Below are positions 62,456 through 64,000 of a DNA stretch of 64,000 bases, piece after piece. Each line of letters opens with the position of its first letter. Position 1 is the first letter of the stretch. Origin of the DNA: a virus; IMG/VR virus record IMGVR_UViG_3300013125_000003, positions 32,001 to 96,000 of that record. The stretch is one strand, 5' to 3'. A model generated the notes under the pieces. The model had not been told where the DNA came from. It saw only the letters and a program-made list of their open reading frames with translations, and did not search any database. The translations under genes were made by a program, and so were the position numbers.

Positions 62456-64000
62456 TTATTGAACCTGAGGGTTCATTTCTTTCGTTGGTTTCTGCACCAT
62501 CAAGCAATCGGTGGTAAGCAGAAGAGCCGATATCGAGACTGCGTTTTCTAGAGCTGACGTTGCGACTTTCACAGGATCGATGATCCCTGAGTGAACCATG
62601 TCGCAGTACCTTTCGTTCTTAACGTCGAACCCGTAGTACTGAGTGTCGCTCTGAATTTGGTGGTCCTTAATGTTGTTCCAGATAACGTCTGGACTAAGAC
62701 CCGCGTTTTCTATGATGATTCGGAAAGGCTGTTGGCATGCTTTCTTAAGCAAGTCTACTCCCAATTGTTGGTCTCTGTTTGGTAGAACGAGACTTAGCCT
62801 GTCAGCTGCTAGTGCCAGAGGTGCTCCACCTCCTGCAATTATGCCTTCCGCGATAGCTGCTCTAGTTGCTCCAAGAGCATCATCGATGCGATCCGCTTTT
62901 TCGCGAGCTTCTATCTCGGAAGCAGCTCCGATTTTTATGATAGCTACTCCACCTTCGAACTTAGAAAGGCGTTCTTTTAGCAGCAGTTTTGTCGAATCTG
63001 AATTTGCATTTTCGATGAGAAGTTTAAGTTCCGCGATTCGTTCCTGAACTTTTTCTGGATCGCCAGTACCTCCAATGAACGTGGTATTGTCAGCTGTGAT
63101 GGTGATCTTCTTGCACGAACCAATGAAATCTTTCGCAACTGATTCCTTAAGAGTGCTACCTTCTAACTGGGAAACTACCTTTCCTCCTGTGATGATGGCC
63201 ATGTCCTCAAGCTTCATCTTCTTTAGATCACCGTACCCGCTAACACGAATAGCTGCAACTCGTAAGGTTCCTTTCAGCTTGTTTAAGAGCAGAGTGTTTA
63301 AAGCTTCGCCGTCAATACCGTCGCAGACGATCAGAAGAGGCCTGCTTACCTGGTTTGAATACTCTAAGTACTGCAGAAGGTCCTGCAAACTGGAAATCTT
63401 GCTGTCGTAGAAGAGAATGATCGGATTATCAAACTCAACTGTCGATTTTTCGATGTTGGTAATGAAGTACGGCGAAATGTAACCGCTACCGATCTGCAAG
63501 CCTTCGACCACGTCAACGATTGTCTCGCTGGTCTTGCTCTCGCCCATCGTGATGATTCCGTCGAAACCGACTGACTCGATAGCGTTTGCTATCAGATTGC
63601 CGATCTCATCATCATTGTTAGCCGAGATGGTAGCAACTTGCTTTATCTTTTCTATCTCTTTTACTAGGAGACTTTCTTCCTTTAAGGTTCGGATGATTTC
63701 TTTTGCCGCGATCTCAATGCCTCGTTTTAGTTCCATTGGGTGGGAACCGGCAACGACAAGCTTGTTACCCTCGTTGAATATGGCGCTGGCTAGAACGGTA
63801 GCAGTCGTGGTGCCGTCCCCTGCTTCGATTGAAACTTTGTGAGCGACTTGCTTGACCATCTGAGCGCCGACGTCCTCCAAGTAATCCTCAAGGTGAACCT
63901 CGCGAGCGACGGTCACGCCGTCCTTAGTTATAGCGACACTATTGTCCCTAGCGATGATTACGTTTCGACCTCTAGGGCCAAGTGTGACTTTAACTGCGTC
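62456..64000 (-). CDS. groEL: Chaperonin GroEL (5' end beyond the window)
   Basis: Frame open from 64000: DAVKVTLGPRGRNV...TKDGVTVA, AGDGTTTATVL, GIIDPVKV. Confidence 0.95.
   Translation of the reverse strand, partial: DAVKVTLGPRGRNVIIARDNSVAITKDGVTVAREVHLEDYLEDVGAQMVKQVAHKVSIEAGDGTTTATVLASAIFNEGNKLVVAGSHPMELKRGIEIAAKEIIRTLKEESLLVKEIEKIKQVATISANNDDEIGNLIANAIESVGFDGIITMGESKTSETIVDVVEGLQIGSGYISPYFITNIEKSTVEFDNPIILFYDSKISSLQDLLQYLEYSNQVSRPLLIVCDGIDGEALNTLLLNKLKGTLRVAAIRVSGYGDLKKMKLEDMAIITGGKVVSQLEGSTLKESVAKDFIGSCKKITITADNTTFIGGTGDPEKVQERIAELKLLIENANSDSTKLLLKERLSKFEGGVAIIKIGAASEIEAREKADRIDDALGATRAAIAEGIIAGGGAPLALAADRLSLVLPNRDQQLGVDLLKKACQQPFRIIIENAGLSPDVIWNNIKDHQIQSDTQYYGFDVKNERYCDMVHSGIIDPVKVATSALENAVSISALLLTTDCLMVQKPTKEMNPQVQ

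Noticed and set aside
2308-63842. Many 60-190 aa antisense or alternate-frame ORFs in the track (e.g. 11468-12049, 35056-35487, 59770-60345)
   Set aside because: They are shadows of well-supported genes, with no motifs or promoters of their own.
1-64000. Stop-codon reassignment (TAG to Gln, as in Lak-type phages)
   Set aside because: Standard-code ORFs tile the window densely, and TAG ends apparently complete genes (e.g. at 13568, 22218 and 51481).
26408-64000. Bacterial chromosome origin suggested by groEL, groES, dnaJ, recA-like and rpsA-like genes
   Set aside because: These genes are divergent and interleaved with T4-like structural and replication genes, and several share the phage promoter motifs.

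Overview
This window is a dense, standard-code (table 11) segment of a large T4-like myophage genome, probably a jumbo phage. A Bacteroidota host is inferred from Hc1-like and bS1-like genes and from A-rich leaders without Shine-Dalgarno sequences. Structural genes include prohead protease/scaffold, major capsid, tail sheath, tail tube and baseplate. Replication and recombination genes include UvsW, UvsY, UvsX, gp41, gp46/47, gp32, RNase H and a family-B polymerase. There are also nucleotide-metabolism genes, GroEL/GroES/DnaJ and a glycosyltransferase/methyltransferase/acyl-carrier cluster. Main observations: (1) the polymerase is split at the fingers into two genes about 46 kb apart, and the second half starts at nt 123, missing from the ORF track; (2) about 13 proteins share a T4 capsid-targeting-like motif that resembles the 14-aa repeats of the scaffold; (3) two promoter classes are visible, late RATAAATA and a bipartite AAACY-N16-TANAA(T/G); (4) a thymidylate-synthase homolog has the dCMP-type Asp and is coupled to a dCMP deaminase; (5) there is a nested scaffold gene with an internal late promoter, and a candidate structured late ncRNA. 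No tRNA, rRNA, CRISPR array or mobile element was recognised. All calls come from motif reading, with no database searches.
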